Source: Spirochaetia bacterium (lineage in GTDB: Bacteria; Spirochaetota; Spirochaetia; CADAEX01). From it: DNA of 64,000 nt. The notes below the pieces were generated by a model. That model was not told the origin of the DNA. It did no database searches and saw only the letters and a list, made by a program, of their open reading frames with translations. Below, in pieces: positions 28,998 to 39,470 of the stretch. Location: contig CAXXHA010000019.1 in the NCBI GenBank assembly GCA_963662265.2, forward strand, positions 14,820 to 78,819. Reading direction: 5' to 3'. The first letter of the stretch is position 1; the number at the start of each line of letters is the position of its first letter. The position numbers and the translations under genes were made by a program.

Positions 28998-29445
28998 TTT
29001 CCAGTCTTGCTTTCCGTTCTTTAGATGTTATTTCTTTTCCAATATTTTTGAATTCAGCTTCAGTATCATTACCATATGATGTATTGATAATATCCTCGAC
29101 ATTGCTGCTTTCCGATGTAATTGTAACTTTACCGCTTGTTATTACACCAGGTTCAACATTGATCTTTGGTGTAGTGATATTTCCAAGTACTTTACCGGTT
29201 GCCAGAAGGTTTACCTCTTCTGAAGCACTGATATTCCCTATTATAGTTCCTGAAACAGTAACTTTCCGCGCAGTAATATCAGTTTTCACCTTGCCTGTAG
29301 GGCCAATTACCACCTGGTCGTCTGTTCTGATTTCTCCCTGAAATTTACCTTCGATAAGAACAGGACCGTTTACGAAAAACCTGCCTTCGAAAATTGAACC
29401 TTCACCGATAATACAATTTGTATTCATATCTGTTATTTTTGACAC
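28978..29445 (-). CDS. Bactofilin (polymer-forming cytoskeletal protein)
   Basis: IIGEGSIFEG...IEGKFQGEI...IGPTGKVKTDITA...VSGTIIGNISA...GKVLGNI beta-helix. GTG start after GGAG. Confidence 0.92.
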   Translation of the reverse strand: MSKITDMNTNCIIGEGSIFEGRFFVNGPVLIEGKFQGEIRTDDQVVIGPTGKVKTDITARKVTVSGTIIGNISASEEVNLLATGKVLGNITTPKINVEPGVITSGKVTITSESSNVEDIINTSYGNDTEAEFKNIGKEITSKERKARLENDKTEE

Positions 29446-29528
29446 CTCTACTCCATATACTTTGTATTTAATTGTGATACGTTTTTATGATAGATTTTTA
29501 AGATATATAAACTATAGCATTTATGGTA

Positions 29529-31238
29529 TTACGATTCAACTATTTTGGATTTAATATGGTTAAGAAGAAATTTGGAATTGAGATTTGACCTGTCTGCAGA
29601 TATTGATTTATTGAGAAAGTCATATGATTTACTGTAGATTCCTGTTCTGTAATAAGTATAAGCTTTCCAGAAATAAATAGAGGAGAGATATTCTTTTGTA
29701 CTGTTTTTTTTCAGTATTGCTGTATCAAGGTATTTCAATGCTTCTGAATAATTCTCTTTTTTGATTGAAATCAGGGCAAGATTAAAATAATTTTCTCTGT
29801 TCAAGTTGTTTTCAAGATAATTGCTGTAATGGAAAAATGCATCTGAATAATTATTCACGCTTATTTCACAGAAAGCTTTGTAAAGATTAAAAAATTGACT
29901 GTTTCTAATTTCATTTTTCTGAAGAAGAATCTGCAGATCCTTTATCTTTCTGTTTTCAAGAAGATAATAAGCAAGATATTTTTTGTAATCATCATCAGTA
30001 TTATAGTTATTTAATATGTTCCATAATATTTTCAAATACCTGTCTCTGTTTTCTTTTCTGCAGCTGAGAAGCTCATCAACTGCGTTAAGAGAACTGTTAA
30101 GCATTTCCTTCTGGATTTCTGATATATATTTGTTAAGATTTATATAGTAAAGAATATTTGTTATATTTGTTTTAGATTTTTTATCGATTAACGATATGAG
30201 ATATTCTGAATTTATATTTCCGGTTTTTATGTATTCTATCCATATAAGATTCATTAAAGATAAATTATCTGAAATTTGACCGGAATTGTAAATGTTTTTA
30301 TAGATAATAGAACTTTTATCATAATTTCCAAGATACATTTCAATATCTGCCTGAATAAATTGTAAATCAGTGTTTTTGCTGTCAATTCCAGAAATTATAT
30401 TGAGGCTGTCAATGAAACTCCGGTTATCAAGAAGAATAAGTGCTTGTAATAATGGATTTATTTTCAAGGCTGATAGATATTTCAGTGCTTCTTTTTTTTC
30501 TCCTTCTTTCATTTTCAAAATAATATAATTATTCAGAAAATTGCTGTTACCCTCTTTTTCATATATTTCAAGGTATTTATCAGGATTCAAACTGTCATCA
30601 AGCAGGTTAATATAGATATTGTCATTGAAATGATCTTTTATTTTATTATTACAAATAATCTTTTCATTGCTTTTGCATGTTGAATAATATTCAAGGAAAA
30701 GATCATTCTTAAAAAAATCACTGGTATTTCTTTTTTTGTATGTGGTTAAGAAAAGATCAATATTATCAGTTCTTAAAAGAGAAAAAAGATAAATATTTCT
30801 TATTCTGCTGTCTTTTTTATATTTTAAAAATAATTTCCGGGATAATGATTCAAGTATTTCATAATTTTCTGTATATTCAGAAACCCTGTATTGTCTTTTT
30901 AAAAGAATAAGAGCATTCTTTCTTGTTTTGCAGTAATTGAAAGCTTCAGTAATATGTTCCTGACTGAGATCATAATTATTTCTGACAAGTAACTTATCAA
31001 TCCTGAATATGATGCTGTTGAAATTCCTGTTGTTTTCCGTATTGGTATAAACAAGTAAAACAATTGAAAATAATATCAGGATATTTGCGGTAACAAGTAT
31101 TATTAAAAGGTTTTTAAGTTTTGATGTAATTGATTTATATTTCAAGTCAGAATAAGTTTCATATTCTGTATTTTCATGACTGTTGATATGTTTATGAAGT
31201 TTTTTGTATTTTAATTTGTTGTTTCTGAAAAACCTCAA
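29529..31238 (-). CDS. Membrane-anchored TPR protein, very AT-rich
   Basis: N-terminal TM and C-terminal TPRs (YFNLALISIKKENYSEAL, YFWKAYTYYRTG). Confidence 0.75.
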   Translation of the reverse strand: MRFFRNNKLKYKKLHKHINSHENTEYETYSDLKYKSITSKLKNLLIILVTANILILFSIVLLVYTNTENNRNFNSIIFRIDKLLVRNNYDLSQEHITEAFNYCKTRKNALILLKRQYRVSEYTENYEILESLSRKLFLKYKKDSRIRNIYLFSLLRTDNIDLFLTTYKKRNTSDFFKNDLFLEYYSTCKSNEKIICNNKIKDHFNDNIYINLLDDSLNPDKYLEIYEKEGNSNFLNNYIILKMKEGEKKEALKYLSALKINPLLQALILLDNRSFIDSLNIISGIDSKNTDLQFIQADIEMYLGNYDKSSIIYKNIYNSGQISDNLSLMNLIWIEYIKTGNINSEYLISLIDKKSKTNITNILYYINLNKYISEIQKEMLNSSLNAVDELLSCRKENRDRYLKILWNILNNYNTDDDYKKYLAYYLLENRKIKDLQILLQKNEIRNSQFFNLYKAFCEISVNNYSDAFFHYSNYLENNLNRENYFNLALISIKKENYSEALKYLDTAILKKNSTKEYLSSIYFWKAYTYYRTGIYSKSYDFLNKSISADRSNLNSKFLLNHIKSKIVES

Positions 31239-31249
31239 TTTTAATTATC

Positions 31250-31678
31250 TCATGATTTTTTATTAATTTCTCTGAAAATACTGTCAAGTACACCGTTTAT
31301 AAAACGGTATGAATCATTGCTGCTGTATTCTCTTGAAATATCAATTGCTTCATCAATTGTAATATTACCGGCTATATCTTTCTGGTAAAGAAGAGAATAT
31401 ACACTGAGTCTTAAAATCGCGAGATCAACCTTGCTTATTCTTTCGAATTTCCAGTTATCGATATGCTTTTTAATTGTAGAATCAATAGTATCAATATTTT
31501 CAATTGTTCCGTTTAAAAGCAGAGAAGCAAACATTTTGGTTTCCGGCTTAATGCTTTCTTTACTGTCATCAAGCCAGTTGAAACTGTCAATATTTTCCTG
31601 TTTTTTTTCACTGTTGAAATCCCAGCTGTATATGGCCTGAAAAGCCAGTATCCTGCTTTTTCGTCTTGATCCAGTCAT
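31250..31678 (-). CDS. nusB: Transcription antitermination factor NusB
   Basis: RRKSRILAFQAIY, WKFERISKVDLAILRL, IDEAI and FINGVLD. Confidence 0.96.
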   Translation of the reverse strand: MTGSRRKSRILAFQAIYSWDFNSEKKQENIDSFNWLDDSKESIKPETKMFASLLLNGTIENIDTIDSTIKKHIDNWKFERISKVDLAILRLSVYSLLYQKDIAGNITIDEAIDISREYSSNDSYRFINGVLDSIFREINKKS

Positions 31679-31684
31679 ATACTA

Positions 31685-32698
31685 TTAAAGAAAATATTTA
31701 ATTTCAGCTTCATCTTCCAGTTCTTCTACAAGTTCCTGTACTGATTCCTTGAAAAGCTGTTCCTGTGTTTTCATCATCAGATAATCTTCAATCCTGTTTC
31801 TGACTGTTTTATCAGTTGCAGGATTTATTTTTTCATTAATCTTAAGAACATGCGGATTGATAATTTCCTTTAACCTGACAATATGATAACCCATGTTGGA
31901 TTTAATTACATCGCTTACCTGATTTTTCTTTAGTTCAAAAACACTGTCAAAAAAATGTTCACCAAGAAGTTTTTTTCTGGGAAGATCATTGATTCTAAGG
32001 TATCCGAAATCACCCTTGTTGTATTTAGATGTGGAATCATCGGAATTTTCAACAAGCTGGTCAAAAGTTTTGCTGCCGCTTCTGAGGTCTTTCAGATAAC
32101 TTTCAGCTCTATTGGTTGCCTTTTCCATATCTTCAGGTTTTGAAAGCATTCTTGTATCAACAAAAATATGATCAAATCTTACAGTCTTGGGTATGGAAAA
32201 TTTAGTGCTGTTTTCATCATAAAATTTCTGAATTTCTTTTTCAGTCGGCCGCGGGATATTTGATAGTTTATCGCTTTTAGCCTTGTTTACATATTTCTGA
32301 AGCTGGATAGTCTCCTTGCTTTTCTTGGAATACCTGTCCCAGCTGACACCTGTCTGTTTTCTCACGAAATCCTTTATCTGGCTGTCACTCATATTTACAG
32401 CAGCGTTACCTATCTGCTGTCTGATAAGCTTCAGAACATCCTTGTCAGAAACAGTTATTCCTGCCCGCTCTGCACCCTGCTGGAGAAGAATATCCCCCAC
32501 CATTGTTTCGAGTACTTCACGATGAGACTTGTCAATACCGTTTCGTTTAAGTATTTCAACAGTCTGGTCCAGTTTTTTTCTTGATATAATTTCCGGTTTT
32601 GTGAGATTTACAGTTGCAGCTCTCTGGTCTATCAGATCCTGACAGAATACAGATGATGCAATAAGTAAAAAAATTAATATAGACAGGTATTTTTTCAT
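31685..32698 (-). CDS. SurA/PrsA-like periplasmic parvulin PPIase
   Basis: Signal peptide, SurA-like N-domain, and parvulin motifs HIFV...SDD...KGDFG...SDVIKSNMGYHIV. Confidence 0.88.
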   Translation of the reverse strand: MKKYLSILIFLLIASSVFCQDLIDQRAATVNLTKPEIISRKKLDQTVEILKRNGIDKSHREVLETMVGDILLQQGAERAGITVSDKDVLKLIRQQIGNAAVNMSDSQIKDFVRKQTGVSWDRYSKKSKETIQLQKYVNKAKSDKLSNIPRPTEKEIQKFYDENSTKFSIPKTVRFDHIFVDTRMLSKPEDMEKATNRAESYLKDLRSGSKTFDQLVENSDDSTSKYNKGDFGYLRINDLPRKKLLGEHFFDSVFELKKNQVSDVIKSNMGYHIVRLKEIINPHVLKINEKINPATDKTVRNRIEDYLMMKTQEQLFKESVQELVEELEDEAEIKYFL

Positions 32699-32712
32699 TT
32701 TATACAGCTTTT

Positions 32713-33045
32713 TTATTCAGTTTTTTCTGCTTCTGAATTGTTCCACCATTCAGTAACATTTTCAGTTTCTGCATTTTCTCTGTATGCAGCTCCAAGAACA
32801 TCACCTTTATCCGGTGTTCTGTTTACCCATGCAAGTCCGAGTGATACTACAATAAAAACAACAGCAAGGATTGAAGTGAATTTGGTAAGAACATTTCCTG
32901 ATCTTGAACCAAAAGGGGTAGCACTGCCACCCCCGAATAATCCACCAAGTCCTTCACCCTGTTCATCCTGTATGAGTACCATTGCAATAAGAAGAAGACA
33001 TGCAATAACAAAAATAATTAACAGTAAAACAGTTAGAATTCCCAT
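32713..33045 (-). CDS. secG: Preprotein translocase subunit SecG
   Basis: Two TMs around VLIQ...GLGGLFGGG...FGSRSGNVLTKFT; lies downstream of tpiA. Confidence 0.95.
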   Translation of the reverse strand: MGILTVLLLIIFVIACLLLIAMVLIQDEQGEGLGGLFGGGSATPFGSRSGNVLTKFTSILAVVFIVVSLGLAWVNRTPDKGDVLGAAYRENAETENVTEWWNNSEAEKTE

Positions 33046-33067
33046 TTTTAATAACTCCAGTAGATAT

Positions 33068-33820
33068 TTATGCGTTTATAATCGGTAAAAATAATTCAGG
33101 CTTGAGCGCTGCCCCGCCGACAAGTGCGCCGTCGATATTCTCCATTGAGAGAAGTGAAGCTGCATTTTCCGGTTTTACAGACCCGCCGTACTGAATTATC
33201 ATTCTGGAAGCAGCTGCATCTGAATAAATATCAGCTAGCTTTTCCCTGATTACCTTATGAATGCTGTCAGCATCTTCTGCTGTAGCAGTTTTTCCTGTTC
33301 CGATTGCCCAAACTGGTTCGTAAGCAATTGTAATATCTTTGAGATCTTTTTCATCGATATCACTGAGGCCGTTAACAACCTGGCTGCATACTACATCGTT
33401 TGCCTTGCCTGATTCTCTTTCCTCAAGAGTTTCACCTACACAGAAAACAACTTCCATCCTCTGAGAGAGAGCAAGTTTGATTTTTGAGTTAATAAAATCA
33501 TCTGTTTCTCCGTAGATTATTCTTCTTTCAGAATGTCCAAGTATCACAGTGTCAACACCTAGATCTTTGAGCATTTCAACAGAAATTTCGCCTGTATGCG
33601 CTCCTGAAAGAGCATTTGACATATTCTGTGCACCAAGAAGAACTTTTGTACCCTTTGTTATTTTTGAAACTTCTGCAAGTGCAGTAAAAGGGGGTGCAAT
33701 CATAACCTTTGCATCGGAATCTTTGGAACCTTCTACAACAGCTTTTGCAAGTTCTGCTGCATCAGCTGTAAGTTTGTTCATTTTCCAGTTTCCGGCAATA
33801 TATTTAATTCTATCAGACAT
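33068..33820 (-). CDS. tpiA: Triosephosphate isomerase
   Basis: AGNWKMN, GHSERR, AYEPVWAIGTG and YGGSVKP. Confidence 0.98.
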   Translation of the reverse strand: MSDRIKYIAGNWKMNKLTADAAELAKAVVEGSKDSDAKVMIAPPFTALAEVSKITKGTKVLLGAQNMSNALSGAHTGEISVEMLKDLGVDTVILGHSERRIIYGETDDFINSKIKLALSQRMEVVFCVGETLEERESGKANDVVCSQVVNGLSDIDEKDLKDITIAYEPVWAIGTGKTATAEDADSIHKVIREKLADIYSDAAASRMIIQYGGSVKPENAASLLSMENIDGALVGGAALKPELFLPIINA

Positions 33821-33834
33821 ATATATCCTCTTTT

Positions 33835-35016
33835 TTACTTTTCAAGCGCAACTATGCCAGGGAGTGCTTTACCTTCGAGAAATTCGAGTGAAGCCCCTCC
33901 TCCGGTTGAAACATGACTGATTTTATCAGCAAAACCGAATTTATTTACTGCAGCAACAGAATCTCCGCCGCCTACAACAGTTTTGCCTGTACTTTCAGCA
34001 ACAATTTCAGCAACTGTCAGCGTACCTTTCTGAAATTCAGGGAATTCAAAAACTCCCATCGGTCCGTTCCAGACAATTGTCTTAGCTTTTAAAAGTTTTT
34101 CTCTGATTTTCTCAATAGTCTTGACACCGATATCCATTCCGAGTTTTCCTTCAGGAACATCAGCGCCGTCAACATATTCTGCTGCCGCATTTTCTGAAAA
34201 TTCAGTAGCTACAATATGATCTATTGGAAATACAATGTCAACTCCCTTTTTCTCCGCAGCAGTAAGAAAATTCTTTGCTGTTTCAAGGAATTCCTCTTCG
34301 AAAAGTGAGTTTCCGATTGTGTGGCCTTTGGCTTTGAGAAATGTATAAGCCATTCCCCCGCCTATTACCATCGATTCGCAGGTTTTTAAAAGAGATTCGA
34401 GAACTGCAATTTTTGAAGATACTTTTGCACCTCCGATAATTGCTACAAAAGGCTGTTCAGGTGATTTTAGAACAGGCTCGAAAAACTCAACCTCTTTTTC
34501 AATGAGAAAACCGGCAGCTGAAGGAAGATAATGTGTAACACCTTCAGTTGATGCATGTGCCCTGTGAGCTGTTCCAAATGCATCATTGATATAAATATCA
34601 CCGTTTTTAGCAAGTTTTTCCGCGAATTCAAGATTGTTTTTTGTTTCTTCGTTATAATAACGAACATTTTCCAGAACAAGTATTTCGCCTGCTTTGAGTT
34701 CATTTACCTGTTTAAGGACTTCATCCCCTATACAGTCATCTGCCATTTTTACAGGCTTGCCGATAAGTTTAGAAAGTTCTTTAACAACAGGGGAAAGGCT
34801 GAATTCAGCCTTTCTTTCCCCTTTAGGTCTACCAAGATGACTCATCAAAACAAGAGATGTCCCTTCCTGCTCAAGAATATAGTTGAGTGTCGGAAGAGCA
34901 GCTTTGATCCTTGTGGAATCTGTTACAACTCCGTCTTTAAGAGGGACATTGAAATCCACTCTTACAAGAACTTTCTTATTTTTAAGATCTATATCTCTTA
35001 CTGTTTTTACAGCCAT
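33835..35016 (-). CDS. pgk: Phosphoglycerate kinase
   Basis: [31 protein letters not shown] and STGGGASLE. Confidence 0.98.
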   Translation of the reverse strand: MAVKTVRDIDLKNKKVLVRVDFNVPLKDGVVTDSTRIKAALPTLNYILEQEGTSLVLMSHLGRPKGERKAEFSLSPVVKELSKLIGKPVKMADDCIGDEVLKQVNELKAGEILVLENVRYYNEETKNNLEFAEKLAKNGDIYINDAFGTAHRAHASTEGVTHYLPSAAGFLIEKEVEFFEPVLKSPEQPFVAIIGGAKVSSKIAVLESLLKTCESMVIGGGMAYTFLKAKGHTIGNSLFEEEFLETAKNFLTAAEKKGVDIVFPIDHIVATEFSENAAAEYVDGADVPEGKLGMDIGVKTIEKIREKLLKAKTIVWNGPMGVFEFPEFQKGTLTVAEIVAESTGKTVVGGGDSVAAVNKFGFADKISHVSTGGGASLEFLEGKALPGIVALEK

Positions 35017-35029
35017 TTTATTTCCTTAA

Positions 35030-36037
<1,008 letters not shown>

Positions 36038-36063
36038 TCACCTCTTAAAATATTTTCACAATA

Positions 36064-36092
36064 ATCATATTCAAAAGATATTCTTATGTCAA
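36064..36092 (-). promoter_or_regulatory. Near-consensus sigma70 promoter of the gap operon
   Basis: Minus strand: TTGACA (36092-36087), 17 bp, TATGAT (36069-36064). Confidence 0.8.
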
Positions 36093-36187
36093 TTGAACAT
36101 GATTTAGTTTGTATTATTGTCTTATATAATATCAATAATTTTTTCACGAATTTAAGAATAAATCTGAAATCAGTATATCAGGTTTCG

Positions 36188-38158
36188 TTATTTAATATTT
36201 ATTATAAAATCATAAATTTCTGATTTATTAAAAAAATCATCATTCTGTTCTTTTTTTTCTTTTTCCCTGCTGTCCCTCACAACAATATCACCGTAATTTA
36301 CCAGATCAAACATCTCACGTCCGGTAACTGTTCCTTCGGAAACAGATTCGTCGGTATTAGTTACTGTAAGATTTCCAATGATATCTGAATCCTCAAAAAT
36401 ATAACCTATTCTGCTTCTATCGATTTTTATCCTGTCTTTTCTTATAATGAGAAAACTGTCATCATTGCTGATATTTTCAAGTCTTCCGATATTTATAAGA
36501 CCTTTTTCAAAATCAAGCCCAATGATCTGACCGTATGTATTGATATCGGAAAGAATATCATTCATCAAATTATTAAGCGTATCCCAGACTCTGTTGTTTC
36601 CTGTTTTTATAATCCTGTATTTTCCGATTTCAGCACCTGTATATGATGAATAAACAGTACATTCTGCACTGAAAAGCCTTTCAGTTTCACTGAAATCAAT
36701 TATAAAAAAGTAATCACTCTTTGTTTTTCCGGTTCTGGACTCTGAAAAAGCCTGAGAAAAATTTTCAATTCTTTTTCCTGAGTTTAATATATGTATATTT
36801 TCCGCATGACCTGCGATTGTATTGAAAATATCTGTAAGTACAGATTCCCCATTCTGATGAAGCATGCTGAAACTGTCTCTGTAGTAGAGATTTATATTGA
36901 AACAGTGTTTGTTTACAAGAAACTGGTCAATTTTCCACGATGATGAAACACTGGAACTCTGAAGACTCTCCTGTATTTCTATGTCATCCTTTATTGACTG
37001 GTAATTGCGTTCCTTTTCCGGAAGTGTATAGAGTTCTGACAGATATTTTGATCTAAACCCCTTGTTGAGGAATATTCTTGAATATGCAAGCCTGACTTTT
37101 ACTGAATTAGGGTCAATAAGTAGTGCCCTCCGGTATGAATTCAGTGCCTTATTTATATAGTTGCGCTCTTCAAGCCCCTTTCCCCGGATATAATGGTATT
37201 CAGCTGCTTTTTTTCTTATATTGTCATTTATATCTTTTTCAGACCTTATAAGGTTTTCAAACGCAAACCTTGAAACTTCATCATCAGGATTTATTCTGAA
37301 TGCTTCGGAATAATATCTGAGAGCAGTATCTGTTTCCCCTTTTTTCTCTGCTGTTCTTCCAAGGGTGTATGCAACAATATTGTTATCTCTTTTAGAGTAA
37401 AACCTGTTGAGAATTTCGGGTATATGATCATAATCACCATTGCTTAAAAGAATACGCGAATAAAGAAGAGCAGCTTCCAGAAAATCAGGATCAAGGTTTA
37501 TTGCCTCCCTGATTTTTATCTCTGCCAGATGGGTGTTGCCTGTCATAATATAATGACGGGAAGCTATAAAAAGAACAGCAGGATCTGTGTTGTAAAGCCT
37601 GAGTGCATCAGAGACATATTTTTCAGACTCATTGAATTGTTTCTGGTAATCAAGAAGTACAATAATTGAAAGAAGAGCTTTCCTGTTTGATGGCGAAATA
37701 GTCAGAATGTCCAGGTAATTATTGCGGGATTCTGTGAATTTTCCATTTAAAAGTGCAGTTTCCGCGAATCCGAAATATGCATTGATATTGTTGGGCTCGG
37801 CTTTTTTAATCTTATTAAATATTTCCTCTGCAGCTCGTATTTCTCCTTTTCCAAGAAGTATCCGCCCTTCAAGACTTAAAAGATCTATACTTGTCTTATC
37901 ATATTTTCTGGCAAGAACAACCTGTTTGTGAGCCTCTTCATATTCTCCCAGAAAGTAATAAGCTTCTGCAAGTCCTTTCACAGAGAGAATGAAATCAGGA
38001 TTAATTTCAAGGACAGCTTTGTATCTTTCAATAGCAGAGTAATAATCTCCTTCAAGAAGATAGACATCCCCTTCACTGTTCAGTGAAAAAATATCATCTG
38101 CACTATAAAGCGGCATTAACACTGTTAAAAATATAAAAACTGTCAGTATTTTTTTCAT
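36188..38158 (-). CDS. Periplasmic TPR protein
   Basis: Signal peptide, about ten TPR-like units and a beta-rich C-terminus. Confidence 0.85.
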   Translation of the reverse strand: MKKILTVFIFLTVLMPLYSADDIFSLNSEGDVYLLEGDYYSAIERYKAVLEINPDFILSVKGLAEAYYFLGEYEEAHKQVVLARKYDKTSIDLLSLEGRILLGKGEIRAAEEIFNKIKKAEPNNINAYFGFAETALLNGKFTESRNNYLDILTISPSNRKALLSIIVLLDYQKQFNESEKYVSDALRLYNTDPAVLFIASRHYIMTGNTHLAEIKIREAINLDPDFLEAALLYSRILLSNGDYDHIPEILNRFYSKRDNNIVAYTLGRTAEKKGETDTALRYYSEAFRINPDDEVSRFAFENLIRSEKDINDNIRKKAAEYHYIRGKGLEERNYINKALNSYRRALLIDPNSVKVRLAYSRIFLNKGFRSKYLSELYTLPEKERNYQSIKDDIEIQESLQSSSVSSSWKIDQFLVNKHCFNINLYYRDSFSMLHQNGESVLTDIFNTIAGHAENIHILNSGKRIENFSQAFSESRTGKTKSDYFFIIDFSETERLFSAECTVYSSYTGAEIGKYRIIKTGNNRVWDTLNNLMNDILSDINTYGQIIGLDFEKGLINIGRLENISNDDSFLIIRKDRIKIDRSRIGYIFEDSDIIGNLTVTNTDESVSEGTVTGREMFDLVNYGDIVVRDSREKEKKEQNDDFFNKSEIYDFIINIK

Positions 38159-38928
38159 TTTTCGCTGTTTAATTCTATTTTTATAGTTTTGATCTTGTGA
38201 CCATCCATATTGTTTATTATAAAATTTATCCCCTCATAGCTTACTTTTTCATATCTCACAGGTATTTTGCCGAAAAGGTCAAAGACAAAACCGCCGAGTG
38301 TATCATAGTCATCGTGAGGTATATCAAGACCCAGATGCTTGTTTATGTCTTCGATATCAGCCCTTGTATCACACAGGTAGTTGTTTTCATCCAGTTTGAT
38401 GATATCTTCCTCTTCATCATCAAACTCATCCTGGATATCACCGACAATTTCTTCGATAATATCTTCCATGCAGACTATTCCGGAAACTCCGCCGTATTCA
38501 TCGACTGCTACTGCTATATGCACTCTTCGCCGTTTGAATTCATGAAGAAGAGTATTGATTCTCTTGCTTTCTGGTATGAAATAAGGTTTCCTGATTAATG
38601 ATTCGATATCGAATTTTTCTTTTTTAAATATAGATCTGAGAAGGTCCTTTACATAAAGAATTCCGATAACATTGTCTATAGTATCCTTGAATACAGGAAA
38701 TCTTGAATGTCCGCTGTCTGTTACATTTGCGAGAATTTCATCAGGAGTCATATCATCCTCTATAAACATAACATCTATACGCGGTATCATTACCTCCTTG
38801 ACAGTTGTTTCAGAGAGTTCCACAACTCCCCTTATCATATCTTTTTCTTCATGATTTAATTCACTATAACTCTCTTCTTCCTCATCACTGCTTCCGAAGA
38901 GTTTGTTTAAAAATCCCTTTTTTTTCAA
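38155..38928 (-). CDS. corC: CorC/TlyC-family CBS-domain protein
   Basis: VMIPR, GHSRFPV, GILYVKDL, VDEYGGVSG, EDIIEEIVGDIQDEFD and TLGG. Confidence 0.9.
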   Translation of the reverse strand: MKKKGFLNKLFGSSDEEEESYSELNHEEKDMIRGVVELSETTVKEVMIPRIDVMFIEDDMTPDEILANVTDSGHSRFPVFKDTIDNVIGILYVKDLLRSIFKKEKFDIESLIRKPYFIPESKRINTLLHEFKRRRVHIAVAVDEYGGVSGIVCMEDIIEEIVGDIQDEFDDEEEDIIKLDENNYLCDTRADIEDINKHLGLDIPHDDYDTLGGFVFDLFGKIPVRYEKVSYEGINFIINNMDGHKIKTIKIELNSEK

Positions 38929-39470
38929 AATATATCAGCTCCTGTGATTGCTTTGAGTAATTCTTCCTGTTTTATCAGCATTTCCTGATCAGGGTCATTG
39001 GATTCATGTGTCATCCCGTATAAATGGAGAATACCATGAATAAGCAGACGAATAAGTTCCTCATTTTTATCAACATTAAAATATTTACTGTTTTTTTCAA
39101 CTGTATCCAGCGAGATAATAATATCTCCTGCATAAAAACTTCTGTTTATATTATCTTGTCCTTCAGAGACATCATCCCCATTCAGAGGATTTTTCAAAAG
39201 GGAAATATCTTCACCTTCGCACTGAGGGATAAAATCCCATCCAGGTATTTCCGCGCCCTCTATCTGTGGGAATGACAGAACATCAGTTGCCTCATCTTTG
39301 TTCCTGTAATCCCTGTTGAGTTCTCTGATAAATACATCATTACAGAATACAATTGATATTTCCCAGTTATCAACTTTAAGTAATTTTAATATATTATTGC
39401 ATATTTTAACAATAAATTTATTATCTATTTCAGTATTTATATTTTCATATGTGATCTCAATATTATTCAT
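38925..39470 (-). CDS. ybeY: rRNA maturation RNase YbeY
   Basis: LNRDYRNKDEATDVLSFP, GDIIIS and HGILHLYGMTH. Start placed at ATG 39470. Confidence 0.93.
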   Translation of the reverse strand: MNNIEITYENINTEIDNKFIVKICNNILKLLKVDNWEISIVFCNDVFIRELNRDYRNKDEATDVLSFPQIEGAEIPGWDFIPQCEGEDISLLKNPLNGDDVSEGQDNINRSFYAGDIIISLDTVEKNSKYFNVDKNEELIRLLIHGILHLYGMTHESNDPDQEMLIKQEELLKAITGADIF

